Shown piece by piece: positions 11,206 through 24,892 of a DNA stretch of 64,000 nt. Where the stretch lies: assembly GCA_000091205.1 (NCBI GenBank), contig AP006486.2; one strand, 5' to 3'. Under the pieces are notes generated by a model, which saw nothing but the letters and a program-made list of their open reading frames with translations, did not search any database and was not told where the DNA came from. How positions within the stretch are numbered: position 1 is the stretch's first letter; every line of letters starts with the position of its first letter. The translations under genes were made by a program, and so were the position numbers. The stretch is from Cyanidioschyzon merolae. Lineage: Eukaryota.

Positions 11206-14200
11206 ATGTCAAAGCAGGAAAAATCCAGCGAAACTAGAAGCGCAGATGACAAGTCGCCAACGGCAGCGACTGGGAACTCCATGACACCAAGCGCTGGGAC
11301 AGCAGACACGGAAACACCTCTAGTAAGCTCTTCACAGGTTACGGACCAAGGGAGCGGTTCTGTTTCAAGTCGGATGCGGGATGAAGCGACGTTGTCCTCA
11401 ACCGGAAACGACTCGGCGAACGCAAGCGTGCAACCCGCGAGCGACGCCTCGGACTCGTTGCAGCAAGTCTCGGCCAGCTCGATGCCCAACGTCACAGGAT
11501 CCAACGACGACAAGAACCCAGCACATGTACAACAAACAACTTCTGGCGCTGGTCAGATGTCGAGCGGGCTGGAAGGATGCAACACTTCTGGCTCAGCAGC
11601 AGGTTCGAGTGCGCTCCCGCCACCACCAGATTCACCGGTTCCTGTCGAAGAGGCGGCATCACAGGTGCTATCCGCAGGACAAGCAGTGCCCGAGTCGGGC
11701 AAACGAACCCAGGCGTCTGAAGTCCAGTCAACAGCCACATTGTCAGCAGGTCGTGCTCGCGGAGTCAAAAGAGGACTCGAATCTGCGGAGCCAGACACGA
11801 AGAGCACGGTTGAAGAGGAACCTCCGGTGAAGACCCTTCGCCATGATGCTCACGAAAGATACGAAATTCATCGTGATCAAGAATCCTCTACAAAAGCGGC
11901 AGATGAGTCTTCATCGCCATCGTCCAGATTGGAGATACCGAATGCTCCAGTGCCGGCTGCGACGGGCGTACCACCTGTTCTACCAGGCGGTACCAGCGGT
12001 GAAGATGTGCCTGCTTTTACACCAAGCAAACCATCCCAAGCGTCCCCGCCGCTGTCGACACCGCAACCGGCTACGGCGGCAGGGAGCAGTGAGACATTGA
12101 GACCAGAGGACTCGACAGAGTCGGGGTATTCGACGCGCGATACCACCGAAAGACATCCGCTGCGGCGGCAGGAGGAAGCGCTTGCGAGAGCGCCGCGCCA
12201 GAACGTCAAGAGCACGATTCAACATCGTATGCAGGAAGAAGCGGAAGGAAACGACGGTGATGAATACCCAAGCGCGGAAATCAAGGACGGGATCGATGAT
12301 GAAGACGATGAAGAAGAAAGGGCAGACGACGACGATGACGATGCGGATGAGGAAGCCGATGAAGACGAAGACGAAGACGAAGATGACGAGGAAGACGAAG
12401 ATGAAGAGGAGCACAGCAGCCGCCGAAGACGTGGAGCGGCTCAGTTCTTGGAACTCGAGGCCGAAGTCGATGAAGGCGACGAGGAAGAAGAGGAAGATGA
12501 TGATATCCAAGACCTCGTCGCCGATGAAGACGAAGAATCCGCAGATGAAGAGGAGCTCGCTGCCGAGGAGCGGGAGGCCATCGCTCGCCGCGAACAACGT
12601 CGTCGAGCGGAGGCAGCGCTTCTGCAACGCGCCCAAACCGCTGAGGAGCTCGAAAAATTCGTCCAAGAACGTTACGGTGGCCTCGACGATGAAGACGAGG
12701 AGTCCGACCTCATCACCCGGGCGTTTCTTGAGGGTGCAGCTGGTGCTGCTGATGGATCAACAGCACGCCGTCGGCACGGTGCCGCATCCGACCTGGACGT
12801 GTTGCCGGTGCCGGCTGCCATGGCTCGCGGCAAGCCCCCGACCGACATCGAGCAACAGAGCCTCCTGCCAACAGTGCATGACCCGCGCTTGTTCCTGGTG
12901 AAATGTCGAACTGGTAAGGAAAAAGAAATGACCATCTGTCTCTTGCAGAAATGCGTTGACCGGGCGAATCAGGGTCAACCTCTGGCGATCACCGGCATCG
13001 TGGCACCGGATCATCTGCGCGGTTGCCTCTACATTGAGGCACCACGTGAAAACGATGTCCGAGACGCCATCAAAGGACTCCATCATCTGTACCAGACCAA
13101 GATTACGCTGGTCCCGTTGAAAGAGATGGTAGAGGTCGTCTCTGTACGACCCACAACGGAGCGTCAGAAGCTCATTCCAGGCCAATGGGTGCGTCTACGT
13201 CGTGGCCTCTACGCTGGGGATCTGGCACAAGTCTATCAAATTCGAGAAGATCAAGTTATCGTTCGCTTGGTACCGCGTCTGGACTTGACGGCGTTGGCGC
13301 GGAAACCGCGCTACGGTGCCGTCGATGCCGTCGACCGAGACGATATGGAAAACGTGGACGATGCCGCTACAAAAGGTGCTCCTTCACGTCAAGTCGGAGA
13401 AGCTGCCGCAGCACGCCGCGGTGGATCGCGGACGTCCGGCGTGCGTCCACCGCGGAAACTCTTTGATCGAGACCAGGTCGCTCGTATCCTTCACGTGAAT
13501 GTGTTTGCGAGACGTGATTCGCGCACCGGTGAGTGGTTTGACGAGTTCGAAAACGATCAGTTTCGTTACGGTCTTTTATACAAACGCGTCTCTCGAAAGA
13601 ATATCATTCATGGAGCAGCGATGACGCCGCCCAGCATCGACGAGCTGGAGCCGTTCCAGGAAGCGGAGCGTCAGGCGCAAGTTGCTGCTGCCGCCGCCGC
13701 CGCCGCCGCTGATGATGATAATGATAATGATAGTGATGATGATGATAATGATGATGCTGGTGCTGGTATCAGCGATAAAGCGTCTGACGACTCGCTTGCC
13801 GCAGCGGCGACGGTGCAGCGGTTCACCAGTGGTATCGACGCCATAGCAAGCGGTACCAGTACACCTGCAGCGGACATGGAAGCGTTTCGCGCTTCATCTG
13901 CTCTGGTGGCTGCAACACAAGCGGTCACCGCTACCGCTGCGGATGCCAATCGTCATCGTTTTCGCAAAGGGGATCGTGTACGCGTTCGACGCGGTGACCT
14001 GCGGAACCTCATCGGCATCGTGGATAGCGTCCTGCCCGACGCTCGAGTCCTCATACAACCGACCCCAGCGACAGGTGAGCACGATGCCTCGACGACACCG
14101 GCGTCAGTTCAGGTGTTGGCGGCAGACCTGGAAAAGTACTTTGCCATCGGGGATCATGTGCGGATATCCGCTGGCAAACATGCCGGTCTCACTGGCCTCG

Positions 14201-15827
14201 TTGTGGCTACCGCGTACCAGGACCAGGACACTGACAAGAGCACCGACAACGCCGACAACGACAATGATGCACAAGCGTCGGTAACCGTGCTCGCCGATGT
14301 AACAAACGAGGTCGTACGCGTCTCCGCGCACCTGCTCAGCGAGTCCAGTGGAGAGCAGAGCGCTGCTACAGCCGCCAAGTTGATTGCCGGTGGCCTGTAC
14401 CATCTCTTCGATCTGGTGACACTGCACTCGGAGCCGCGGCATGCCTGGTTGATCCTGCGTAGCCTGCTGGGGCACGCCTCATCTACCGACCTGATGGCGA
14501 ACGGTGCAAACGGCACGATGCTGAGCGCACGCGGTGCTGTAGCACTTGCACAGGCCGCTGTAGAACGCGTTCAGGTGATGAACGAAGTCGGAGAAATCAA
14601 GACGGTCAGTGTTCAGGATATTCGCGGACGTCGCGATGGGAGCACGGCTCGCACTAGCCAGCTGCGTACCCTGGATGCCGCCCAGCAACCGGTTGGAGCT
14701 GGTGATGCAGTTCGCATCGTCGGTGCCCGACATCCGCACCGTAACCGCGAAGCGCTTGTGATGTATGTGTTTGGGAATCGCCTTTTTCTGCGTATTCGTG
14801 AGCATCTCGATAACGCAGGTATGGTGGTTGCAAGCGGCAGCGAAGTGCAGCGGCTGACACAGGCGCCTGCAGCCGAGGTGAACGCTTCGGGAGCCGGCAC
14901 CGTGTCGACGTCGTTGCCGTTCGTTGCACCGACAAGTGGTTGGCGTCCATCGATGGGCACTGCGTTTGGACGCGGTGGTATCGGGAGCGGGGGGCTCGGT
15001 AACAGCACCGCGCCCTTATCATCGTCGAGAGCACCGTTTGGGGGTAGTGATTCGGGCCGGAAGCCGACGCCTGGTGCAGTACGCGGTGGTGGTCGTGGTG
15101 GTGGTGGTGGTGATCCGCTTCTGCACCGCTGGGTAGCGGTGACGCGGGGTCCGCACAAGGGCCTCTCCGGACGCGTTCTAGATGCTTCGGATACGAGTGT
15201 GCGCCTGGAACTGGAGTCATCGATGAAGACGATTACGGTGGCACGGGATGCGGTACGCCTACGTGCAGAGGCCAGTTCAGCAGCGACGAGTGCTGCTCTG
15301 GGACGTGCATCGGTCATCGGGGGTCTCTATGGCCCCGGACTCGTAACAGGGCTTGCGGGACAGAGCGCTTACGGACTCGGTATGGCTACTGGTGCCTATG
15401 GACAAGCGTCTTTGGTGACGGGCACGCCTGGTGCGACCTCATCGCTGGCCGCTGTTGGTGCAGGCGTTGCCTCCGCGAGGACCCCGTTGCAGGGTTGGCA
15501 ACCTAACAACCAGGTTGCCGGGATGCAGCGTACCCCAGCGATGGATGCTTCGTATGCGACGGTACCCGTGACGCCGTACGCTTCGGCACTGACGGCAACG
15601 CCACTACATCCCTCGGTTCCTATGACACCGGCTCACGAGTTCGGAGGTACGGCAGCGGGTGGCGCTTCTGCTCGTGGTGGTGGTGCCAGCGATGTCTGGC
15701 GTCCGATGACACCGGCACACGTTCCTGAGGCGTTTGCCAGTGTACGGCCGTCGACGCCCATGCATCCCGCGGTGGACGCGCAGCGGCCAACGAGCGTCAA
15801 GGCTGCAGTAGACGACGGCGCCAGTGA

Positions 15828-15878
<51 letters not shown>

Positions 15879-16407
15879 TGGAGCAGCTGCCGCGGGCCCC
15901 GGCCCAGTCGCAATGTCGTCGGAATGCAACCCGGCGACACCAGACACACCAGACGCAGTCACACCAGCGCCACCAACGACAACGACAATACGAAAAGTAC
16001 CAGAATCAGTGCCGGGCGCGTTTACAGTATCTTCGGTGCCATCCTACTGGCTTGGGGCGGTCATGCGTGACAAGCGTGCGGGCAATCGTCTCGTGGTTGT
16101 TTGCGGTTTACCGTCCGAAGAATCCGGATCATGGCTGGTCAAAGCGTATGATCAACAACAAGACGCCGCATCGAAGCACACTGAACAGGAGGCATCCAAG
16201 GCAGAGGCACGCGCTCGAACCGAGCTCGAACCGGTAGCGCCCGATCCCGGCGATACCCTCGTTGTGTACCAGGGAGACCTCGAGGGTGTCCTTGGTGTCT
16301 GCATCCACGTGGACGAGGACGGTGACTGCATGTTCAAGGAACACGGTACGCAAGAGCTGCGTGTCGTTGGCGTGAACCAGGCAATCCGACGCATCTCCAC
16401 AGCCTAA
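11206..16407 (+). CDS. SPT5: Transcription elongation factor SPT5 (DSIF large subunit) with a strongly expanded acidic N-terminus and a low-complexity C-terminal repeat region
   Basis: ATG at 11206. The NGN domain is LFLVKCRTGKEKEMTICLLQK...GCLYIEAPRENDVRDAI. KOW motifs include GQWVRLRRGLYAGDLAQVYQI and GDRVRVRRGDLRNLIGIV. CTR-like T-P repeats (MTPAHE..., RPMTPAH..., RPSTPMHP) are present. There is a long D/E tract and a (GA)n tract. Confidence 0.85.
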
Positions 16408-16636
16408 CCAACGAAACGCTGGGAAACGTGCGGTAAGAAGGCGCTTCCGAGCGGGTAAAGATGTGTTTTACACCAAGTTTGCCTCGTGGTGTCCGAAGTG
16501 AACACCACCACATACCATGTACGATCTTCGCTATCGTCCTCGTCGTTGCCGTAACGTTGCGACCGCGGCCAATACCCCAACAGCATCAGCGTTCATCGCT
16601 GAAGAAGCGTGCACCGCGTCGTACCGTTTCTGCTTT

Positions 16637-17672
<1,036 letters not shown>

Positions 17673-17892
17673 TATAGAATGGGGGAGGATATAAGAGGCA
17701 TATCGGAAGAATAAGAGGTCTAGAAGGAATGGGAGAATAGAAGGGATAGGAAGCGTGCCCTCTAGATTTTCTGAGATGATCGCGTGACGCTCATGCGTGT
17801 AAGCGCGCAGGTGCCGTAAACGTGCGCATACGTGTCCCAGTGTTCCAGGGCCGGTGCGCTGCGTCATGTATTGCGTTTGCGCGGAGAAGCAG

Positions 17893-17950
17893 TGTGCGTG
17901 TATGCGTGTGTGCGTGTATGCATGTATGCGTGTATGCGTGTATGCGTGCA
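17893..17950. repeat. (GTGTATGC)n-like degenerate tandem repeat
   Basis: Direct read: gtgcgtgtatgcgtgtgtgcgtgtatgcatgtatgcgtgtatgcgtgtatgcgtg. Confidence 0.85.
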
Positions 17951-18203
17951 TAGGTGTTGAAGGTCACCAAATTCCATGCATGAGGACGGACATGGGTGTC
18001 GTGGACTTGTAACCTCTTTCTCTTGAGCGCTATGGAGCTTTTTGATAGGTTTCTTTGATTCTGTCTCGTTACCAGGAAAAGAACATGTGCTGCTCCTTGA
18101 AGACGGACAGGTATGTGTCTACGCTCGTGTGTATGCGTGTTGCACCTACTGTATGCAACTAGCTAAAACGGAACTACACAATTCGGGTAGCGTCTAGTTA
18201 CAC

Positions 18204-18223
18204 TGTGTGTGTGTGTGTGTGTG
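18204..18223. repeat. (TG)10 microsatellite
   Basis: Direct read. Confidence 0.9.
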
Positions 18224-18483
18224 ACTTGGTGATCACCAGTTGGTGGGTGCGCGCTCACTCTAGCGCTGGGGCATACTGGCGACTGCAGCAGCGCCCAGGA
18301 ACGTGCAAGCAGCTATGCAAGAGCAGTGGTGGCGATGACGGCGGCATCGTCTCCAGTTGCTCGGTACCTTGGGCAGCGGCGCGACGCGGGGTCACGCTGT
18401 TGTACCGCGGAGGCGGAGGAGCCTGGACAACGACGCGTGCGACATACCCGATGCGTTGCGTTGCACATCTTGACGGCAATTGT

Positions 18484-18510
18484 TGGTGCTGGTGCTGGTG
18501 CTGGTGCTGG
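18484..18510. repeat. (TGGTGC)n hexanucleotide repeat
   Basis: Direct read: tggtgctggtgctggtgctggtgctgg. Confidence 0.9.
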
Positions 18511-18931
18511 AAGCTTTATGGAGCGTTCCGCGCGTGCCCTAGACGCTATGCGTGTAAGCGTATGGACCACATCCGTTGCGACGCATAGACATAGAGACAC
18601 AAGCTCTGGCGCATACAAAGTGCGAGCGCGCACAACGCGCTACCGGCTTTCGCGAAGAGCCTCGTGTATAGAGTCGTGCGGCTAGCACACGCGCAAGTAC
18701 AGCGGATGCAGCGCTGCGGAGACGCTGCCAGCACACCCTGGCTGCCAACTGGGACCTATCTGCGGTCATAGGCTGGCATCATGAGTTGATGCATCTGGAT
18801 AGCGTGCTCGTCAGTCGATCGATTGGAATGAAAGCAAGTACGCGAGCGTTTGCCGCGTGCTTGCCATTGCTGTTTGACGCTGCACAAGTCGTCGTCGTAG
18901 GGACGTCGAATGCCGCTGCGTGTCAACGGTG

Positions 18932-21900
18932 TCACCTGTGCACGTCGCTCGGTGAATTGGTGGACGTTGCCGCTGACGTGGGCGCCTCGCACGGCTCCAC
19001 CAGCGACCGTCCAGCCGATTGAAAGGTCACTTGTATCGCTCGAGCGAGACGGTTTGCAGACACCCTGAGCAGCGACCCAGGCTTGGCCTGTTCGCGAGTT
19101 GTTAGGGCCCAGCATAGCAGCGCTCGGAGCACAGCGTCCGCATCCGCAGCCACAGCATCGCCCGGATCTGGTACAGTGGCCAGCAGTGCTGCGCCAATAT
19201 GCCGCACCAGTTCAATGGCGGTACGCAACGCCGACTCCTGCCAGGCCAGATCGTTTGCCCGCTGGGCGGCGCAGTCGAGCAGCAGGTGCGCCTGCGCGCA
19301 GGCCTCGTGATGGCCGACTCCACCGGCACCAGTTGCTGTAGCTGTAGCTGGAGCTGTAGGAGCTGCGCGATTCCGCCAGGAGACGCGTACTTGGCGCAAC
19401 GCTTCCAAGCTCTCCGGGTTCAACAGCTGCAGTTGCGTTCGCGCGGGAGACCGCTGGCGAGGTGCTGGCGACCTCAGTCGCACAGGCGACACGGCATCCG
19501 TGGACGCCAGCGCAAGCTGACAATGCAGTCGATGCCGATTCGCGATTGCCGGGCTCCTGGGTAAATGTGCGGCATTGTTTGAATCGAGCATCGTCTCTGG
19601 GCTACACGGTGTCGGTGTCGTTGTCGTTGTCGTTGCTGTCTTCACCAGCGGCGCCCACAGAATCGGATCTGCGCGACTGCGAAGCGTCTCCAACAACTGA
19701 GCAGCAGCACGGCGCACCAGAGGCTGTTTGATCTGCGTCCGATCGTGCAGAACGTGAAGACGCGCCACGAGCGCTGAAAGAGCGTCTCGTCCAGTTGGTG
19801 CATTGCAACCGAGCAGAGCGCGTTGCCATGCGACCAGCTCGGGCTCCGTCGCTCGGAAGCAGGCATCCAGAAACAGCAATGTACGCTCAGCGAGACGTGG
19901 ATGCGCATTCTCCGCAGCATTACGCAACGGCTCCATCGAGCAATGTCGCAAAAAGAGCCGCAAGCCTGCGTCCAGCGCCAGGCGTGGTATGAAAGCAACC
20001 AGAATAGGCTGGGTACGCGGCCACTGATTCAACAGCCTGCCCAGTAGCGGGTACGCGTGGAGTGCCTGTTCCAGATCCGTGGCGGCGAGCATGTCTGGAA
20101 CAAGAGCCAGGATTGCTAGCAGCACCCGCTCCGTCTGTTGGAGCACGCTGTGCTGCTTCTCAGCGAGACAGCGATGCAGACAGGCAATCAGCTCCTGGAT
20201 GAGCTCGAAAGGCACGGTATCGCATGTCGCTTGACCTGGCGTTGCTGCTGCTGCCGCTGCTGCCGATGCTGCTGCTGATGCGCTGCGCTGGCGACAAAAC
20301 TCCTCCTCCAGCGCAATGAGCGCGTCTAGGCGTCTGCGCCAGTCGGCACCGGCATCCTCAATTCTGGTTACCAGCAGCTGCAGCGCCGTTCCTCGACAGC
20401 AGCCATCTCCGTCCTGGGCCATAGCCTCGGCCGCTGGCACTGCGTACTCGTCCGCGTCATCGTTGTCGTCGTTGTCATGCTCTCGCTGACACACCGGAGC
20501 CAGCGCTGGCTCGCCAAGTGGCGACTGAGCCGCCACCGTGCGCCTTGCTGGACGCCATTTTGCGGCAAGTGGTAGCATAGGCTCTGCTGCTGCTGCTGCT
20601 GCTGCTGGCGCTCGGCCTGCTCGTTGGTACTCGCGACTCGGGACCCAGGCCTGCTCGCAAGGCCGCTCTGGCGATGTGGCTGCAGGTGGATGCCCGCTCA
20701 GCAGACGCGCGTGTCGTCGCACCCGATCAACGTTTTCATCTGCTGACTCCCTGCCCACACCAACTCGGAGCGCTCCACCGAGGGCGCGCGTGGGCACCCG
20801 ACCCACGCCAGACCAGTCGTCTGACTGCGCACAGCTTCCAAGACTCGCGCCATGCGCCGACTTTCGGGTAGCTGCCGCTTCAAATGGACTCTGGTTCTCC
20901 TTGTTCATCACGTGTCTCTGTGTTGTTTGCTCCGGATGCGAGAGAGATTCGCACACGGCGGCATAAAGTTCGGAAAAGAGCGCGTGCTGATGCTCGTCGC
21001 CCGACGCTGCTCTCGACGGCGAACGCAGCGCAATGGACTCACTGTTCTCCCGGGGACAATGTTCCATCAGCGTGCGCCGCGTGCACTGACGAAGCGCTTG
21101 CAGAACATCCCGTTCCAGCGACTGGTTCACGAACGCAACGAGTCGAGGCATTCCACTTGCGCCTCGGTAGCGTGAACTGTGCGCGTCAGATCGAGCCGAT
21201 GCGCGCAAGGCTTGCCAGCACAGGAAAGCGACGTAACGCCAAAAAGCGTGGCGCATGCGAGCACGCACACAAGCGGAGGCGTCTTCAAGGCCCGTACGCA
21301 GCGCTCGGCGCCATTCTTCCGCATGACGCTCGATGTCAAAGGCAGGTTGTCTCGCCAACGCGACGTATAGCAACTCGGCTGTGATTTCGCGGAGGCTTGT
21401 GGCGCTTTTCTGGTCCTGCAGACCCTGGAACAGAAAGATTACTGAACGTCCGAGTCGTGCGTGTTCCACGATGCAGCGCAAGGCCTGCCGCGCACTATCC
21501 GCAATCACGGCAATGGTAACGATGGAGGCACGAAGAAGCGAAGGTACCAGCACCAAGCCGAGCGTGTCAGCGAAGGCGTCGCCCAGCGCGCGTGCTAGCG
21601 TGGCTGATGTTGCACAGGCATGGCGCACGACCTGGGAGCGCAGGTCCTGGATCTGTTCCACGAGGGCGTAGCGCAGACTCGACTGGCGCAGGAATTCGGC
21701 AAGGTCGGCACGCGACAATCGCTGTGCCCGTTCTTCAATGAAGACGAGGGCTTCGACACGTTTTTCCCAGTCGGCCGCCGGTTTGATGTGCAGTACTTGC
21801 ACAGCGTTCTCCAGCTGCGACCATAAAACGACCTCTGTGGTTGCCGTGGAATCCATGGTGTCCTTGAGGCGGCATTCTGACTGCTGTTGTGCCGCCGCCG

Positions 21901-23158
21901 CCACCACCACCGTCGTCTCTATCGCTTCCATTGCATCCACCGTAGCAGCAGCAGCAGCAGCACTTTGGACGCCAGCACCATTGCCAGCGTCAGACGCACC
22001 GACAGCGTGACTTGCTCTGCGCAGTGCGCGGCGTCTTTCAGTGCTGCAGTTGCGTTCAGCGTCTAGTGCTTCGCTACTGTGATCGGTTGCCGCTGCAGGC
22101 TCCTGAACATGCGCAGCGAGACGCTTCTCCAGGTCATGTACCAGATGCAGCGCACGTTCCATCGTCGCAAGGATTCCAGGCAGCGCTATCTTCTGATCGG
22201 GAACGGCGAAGCGCGCGTTCATCGTTTCAATAGCGGACCCCAGACGTCGCTGCAGTTCTCGCACCAGCACCATGATCGATTCCGGTGCGGCGGAATGTGC
22301 TACAACGGCGGTGTCCACTCCGTCCAGAAGCGCATGGAGGCGGTCAAGCGCCCATTCGAGCGCAGCCTGAGCGGTCTCTTGTTGGCTGGGCCAGAGCATG
22401 CGCACGACGACCTTAGCAATGGCGGTGCAGACCTGTCGAGCGACTTCGCCATTTGGTACTCGGCATAACGCATGAGAAAGCAAACGCCCCAGACTCTGCA
22501 ATGCACATCGCAACGCAACACCGCAACGAGGGTCTCGTGGCTCGTCAGCCTGGCCGAAAGCGCGTACGATCGCTGGTATCCAGCGCAGGAGACATTTCAC
22601 GACTGCTACCGGCATGCTTCGTTGCGTCTGACGTGCGATGAGTTCTAGGGTATCTGCCCAGAACGTCCAGAACGCCCGCGTCATGCCTGCAGCCGGCGAC
22701 GTCTGGCCGGCAGTCGCCCCTGGCGCGGTGCCTGTTTCCCGCTGGCGCCAGTACGCCAACGTTGCATCAAAAACGTACTCAATCAAGAACACGGGAAGAG
22801 CATCGGTCGCCGTTTCACGATCAACTTCATCAACAGGCACATAGAGAATGTCCGGCTGCTCGCAGAGGTGCTCACGGAACGCCGCCCAGCTGCCGAGCGT
22901 GCTGAACGTTTTAACCTGGAGCTCAAAATCGTACAAGCACTCACAAAACGAAAGAATCTTGGATACCTTATCAACCACAGCACGCACTGGCGTCGGGGGT
23001 TGCGGCGAGCGCTTCTCTGTTCCCAATTGTCGCTGCAGCTCTGCGTCGACTCGCACTTGTCCCTCGGACTGCACCAGAGCAGACGCCACTGATGCTGGAG
23101 CCGCGTCCCGAACGCTCCGGTCGTTCGGTTCCACGGAACCTCCAGAACACGGAGCCAT
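18932..23158 (-). CDS. Large HEAT/TOG-like alpha-helical repeat protein, function unassigned (possibly CLASP/MAP-type)
   Basis: ~1408 aa from the first in-frame ATG (23156-23158). The ORF track starts at GTG 23275. It has Leu/Ala/Arg-rich helical repeats with D/N-x-x-V-R-like HEAT features and poly-Ala/poly-Thr low complexity. No diagnostic catalytic motif was recognised. Confidence 0.45.
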   Translation of the reverse strand: MAPCSGGSVEPNDRSVRDAAPASVASALVQSEGQVRVDAELQRQLGTEKRSPQPPTPVRAVVDKVSKILSFCECLYDFELQVKTFSTLGSWAAFREHLCEQPDILYVPVDEVDRETATDALPVFLIEYVFDATLAYWRQRETGTAPGATAGQTSPAAGMTRAFWTFWADTLELIARQTQRSMPVAVVKCLLRWIPAIVRAFGQADEPRDPRCGVALRCALQSLGRLLSHALCRVPNGEVARQVCTAIAKVVVRMLWPSQQETAQAALEWALDRLHALLDGVDTAVVAHSAAPESIMVLVRELQRRLGSAIETMNARFAVPDQKIALPGILATMERALHLVHDLEKRLAAHVQEPAAATDHSSEALDAERNCSTERRRALRRASHAVGASDAGNGAGVQSAAAAAATVDAMEAIETTVVVAAAAQQQSECRLKDTMDSTATTEVVLWSQLENAVQVLHIKPAADWEKRVEALVFIEERAQRLSRADLAEFLRQSSLRYALVEQIQDLRSQVVRHACATSATLARALGDAFADTLGLVLVPSLLRASIVTIAVIADSARQALRCIVEHARLGRSVIFLFQGLQDQKSATSLREITAELLYVALARQPAFDIERHAEEWRRALRTGLEDASACVRARMRHAFWRYVAFLCWQALRASARSDAHSSRYRGASGMPRLVAFVNQSLERDVLQALRQCTRRTLMEHCPRENSESIALRSPSRAASGDEHQHALFSELYAAVCESLSHPEQTTQRHVMNKENQSPFEAAATRKSAHGASLGSCAQSDDWSGVGRVPTRALGGALRVGVGRESADENVDRVRRHARLLSGHPPAATSPERPCEQAWVPSREYQRAGRAPAAAAAAAEPMLPLAAKWRPARRTVAAQSPLGEPALAPVCQREHDNDDNDDADEYAVPAAEAMAQDGDGCCRGTALQLLVTRIEDAGADWRRRLDALIALEEEFCRQRSASAAASAAAAAAATPGQATCDTVPFELIQELIACLHRCLAEKQHSVLQQTERVLLAILALVPDMLAATDLEQALHAYPLLGRLLNQWPRTQPILVAFIPRLALDAGLRLFLRHCSMEPLRNAAENAHPRLAERTLLFLDACFRATEPELVAWQRALLGCNAPTGRDALSALVARLHVLHDRTQIKQPLVRRAAAQLLETLRSRADPILWAPLVKTATTTTTTPTPCSPETMLDSNNAAHLPRSPAIANRHRLHCQLALASTDAVSPVRLRSPAPRQRSPARTQLQLLNPESLEALRQVRVSWRNRAAPTAPATATATGAGGVGHHEACAQAHLLLDCAAQRANDLAWQESALRTAIELVRHIGAALLATVPDPGDAVAADADAVLRALLCWALTTREQAKPGSLLRVSANRLARAIQVTFQSAGRSLVEPCEAPTSAATSTNSPSDVHR

Positions 23159-23285
23159 TATACCAAGCGTCGTCGTGAAAGCAGCTCGTTTGACTTTTAT
23201 CTGTAAACGTTTAAGAAGAGCGATTTTGCGGTAAGCGCCTTGGTGATGTGTCAAGCACCAGTCCGTGGACAGCACTGAAGGTCAA

Positions 23286-23315
23286 CACGCATACACGCAT
23301 ACACGCATACACGCA
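23286..23315. repeat. (ACGCATAC)n octanucleotide repeat
   Basis: Direct read. Confidence 0.9.
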
Positions 23316-24343
23316 TCCAAACAAAACAAAGCATCGATCGCCACCGGAACTGCGTGCATCGCTGCGCGTTACCGTTATGCGTGCAACGCCTGGGTGCTGC
23401 ACGGCGGCGGCGCGCTGCAGATCGCCATGGCGATACGGCACGCTGGTGCCCCTCGATGGCGTAACGCCTTTGAACGCAACGGTGGTGGGCGGGACGCCGC
23501 CGCCGCCGCTGATGACGATGATGATGATGACGCCTCGGCGACGATCGCCATCGACACCGCGTTGCGCTGGAGCGCGCACTGCGCCCGCACAGCGGATGCG
23601 TTCGCGCGCCTGCGCGAAACTTGTGCAGCCGCGATATCGCAGCGGGGTAGTATCGGTGCGCCTGTGGGTGCGGTGTTCATGTCGGTCGTGCGAGCATGAG
23701 CGGAACGATGATGGTATGGGCGTGCTGGGAAAGCGTTTTGCGCGTTTCTACACTGTTTGAGATGAGCCTGGGACATCGACGTTCAGGCTATGTTCATGTT
23801 TTGAGATTATTTTCCGAAGGTTATCCTACGAACAATCGCGACAGTGCAAGTGCAGGTATCAGGGCTCACGGATACATGGGTCGATTTAGGATTCCCGGAG
23901 GTATTCTCAGAGTCTGTGCAACGGAGTGACGTCACAGGACTAGGTTAGGTCACCAGAATCAAGATGAGTTGTAAAGTCTTCGAAGAAGGGATCGGAAAAT
24001 AAGCGATATTTTTCACAGGTGCATACGTTTTTTTCTTCTTGGTCTCGCGCTTCACCTTTCCTGTGTGGAGCACGCGCTCAACATGCCTGCTGGAAGTTTT
24101 CGATCGTTCCATTTCAAGACAAGTCGTGGGTGCAAGGATTCGTTCAAATGTACCTATGAGGAAAAATATCTCGATAGGTATCCCGAAGGATTCGTTCAAA
24201 AGCTTTTACTGAAAAATTCACCGTATACGTCAAGTAACCGATTCCTTTCGAGACTTAAATCCTCGTCTTTTTATGGCCAATGGTGAAACGAGATTCTATA
24301 TCAGCTTGATCCTTGTTCGTGAGTACGCTCCTAGATGCTAATG

Positions 24344-24892
24344 TCAGTTCTGTAGGCGTAAAAAAGGGCGTCGGACTCGGACCTGCGTTATTCCTGCAGC
24401 GATCGCTTCCAATGACGAGTGCGTCACCACCGCGTCGCACCAAGGCAGCGTAAACAGGTCGGCATTTCTCGGCTTGTCCACGGGGCTGTATTTGCTTCCG
24501 GGGTCTCTTTTCATCAAGGGCAAGACCGCGTTCCACAACTCCTCCATATGTGGGGACAGCGTGGCCTTGTATGTGCTTCGGACATGGAACTTGACCATAG
24601 GATCGCCCAGAACAACACCACAATTGCTGGCTGCTGCGCTGGGCGCGGACGCAGAGAACGGCATCGAGTGGCGCCTGCGGTACCCATCCAGGGCAGACAG
24701 CGAGCTATGCAGCAAGCGGTCACGTGGTACAGTGCAGCCCGCGGACGAGGAGGAGAACCAGCAAGTCCAGTGGACAGCTGGGAATCCCTGGCAACAGCCA
24801 AGAGTTACCGCTGCGAGCGACGCACCGAGGCTGTACATCAAGAGGATGAAAAACGGAAAGCGGAGCGTAGACCCCAACTTTTGCTCGTGCAT
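24344..24892 (-). other. Third, most divergent copy of the ~800-bp repeat family that also occurs at 47290-48100 and 51286-52100. It carries an uninterrupted 182-codon ORF
   Basis: Nucleotide and peptide similarity: FPFFILLMYSLGASLAAVTLG compared with IFIFFVYSLGAPFAAVTSG and DILFSYGLGAPFTAVTLE. The downstream SSSS tract and the LSPHMEELW / VSPEMYRADLE segments also align. Confidence 0.4.
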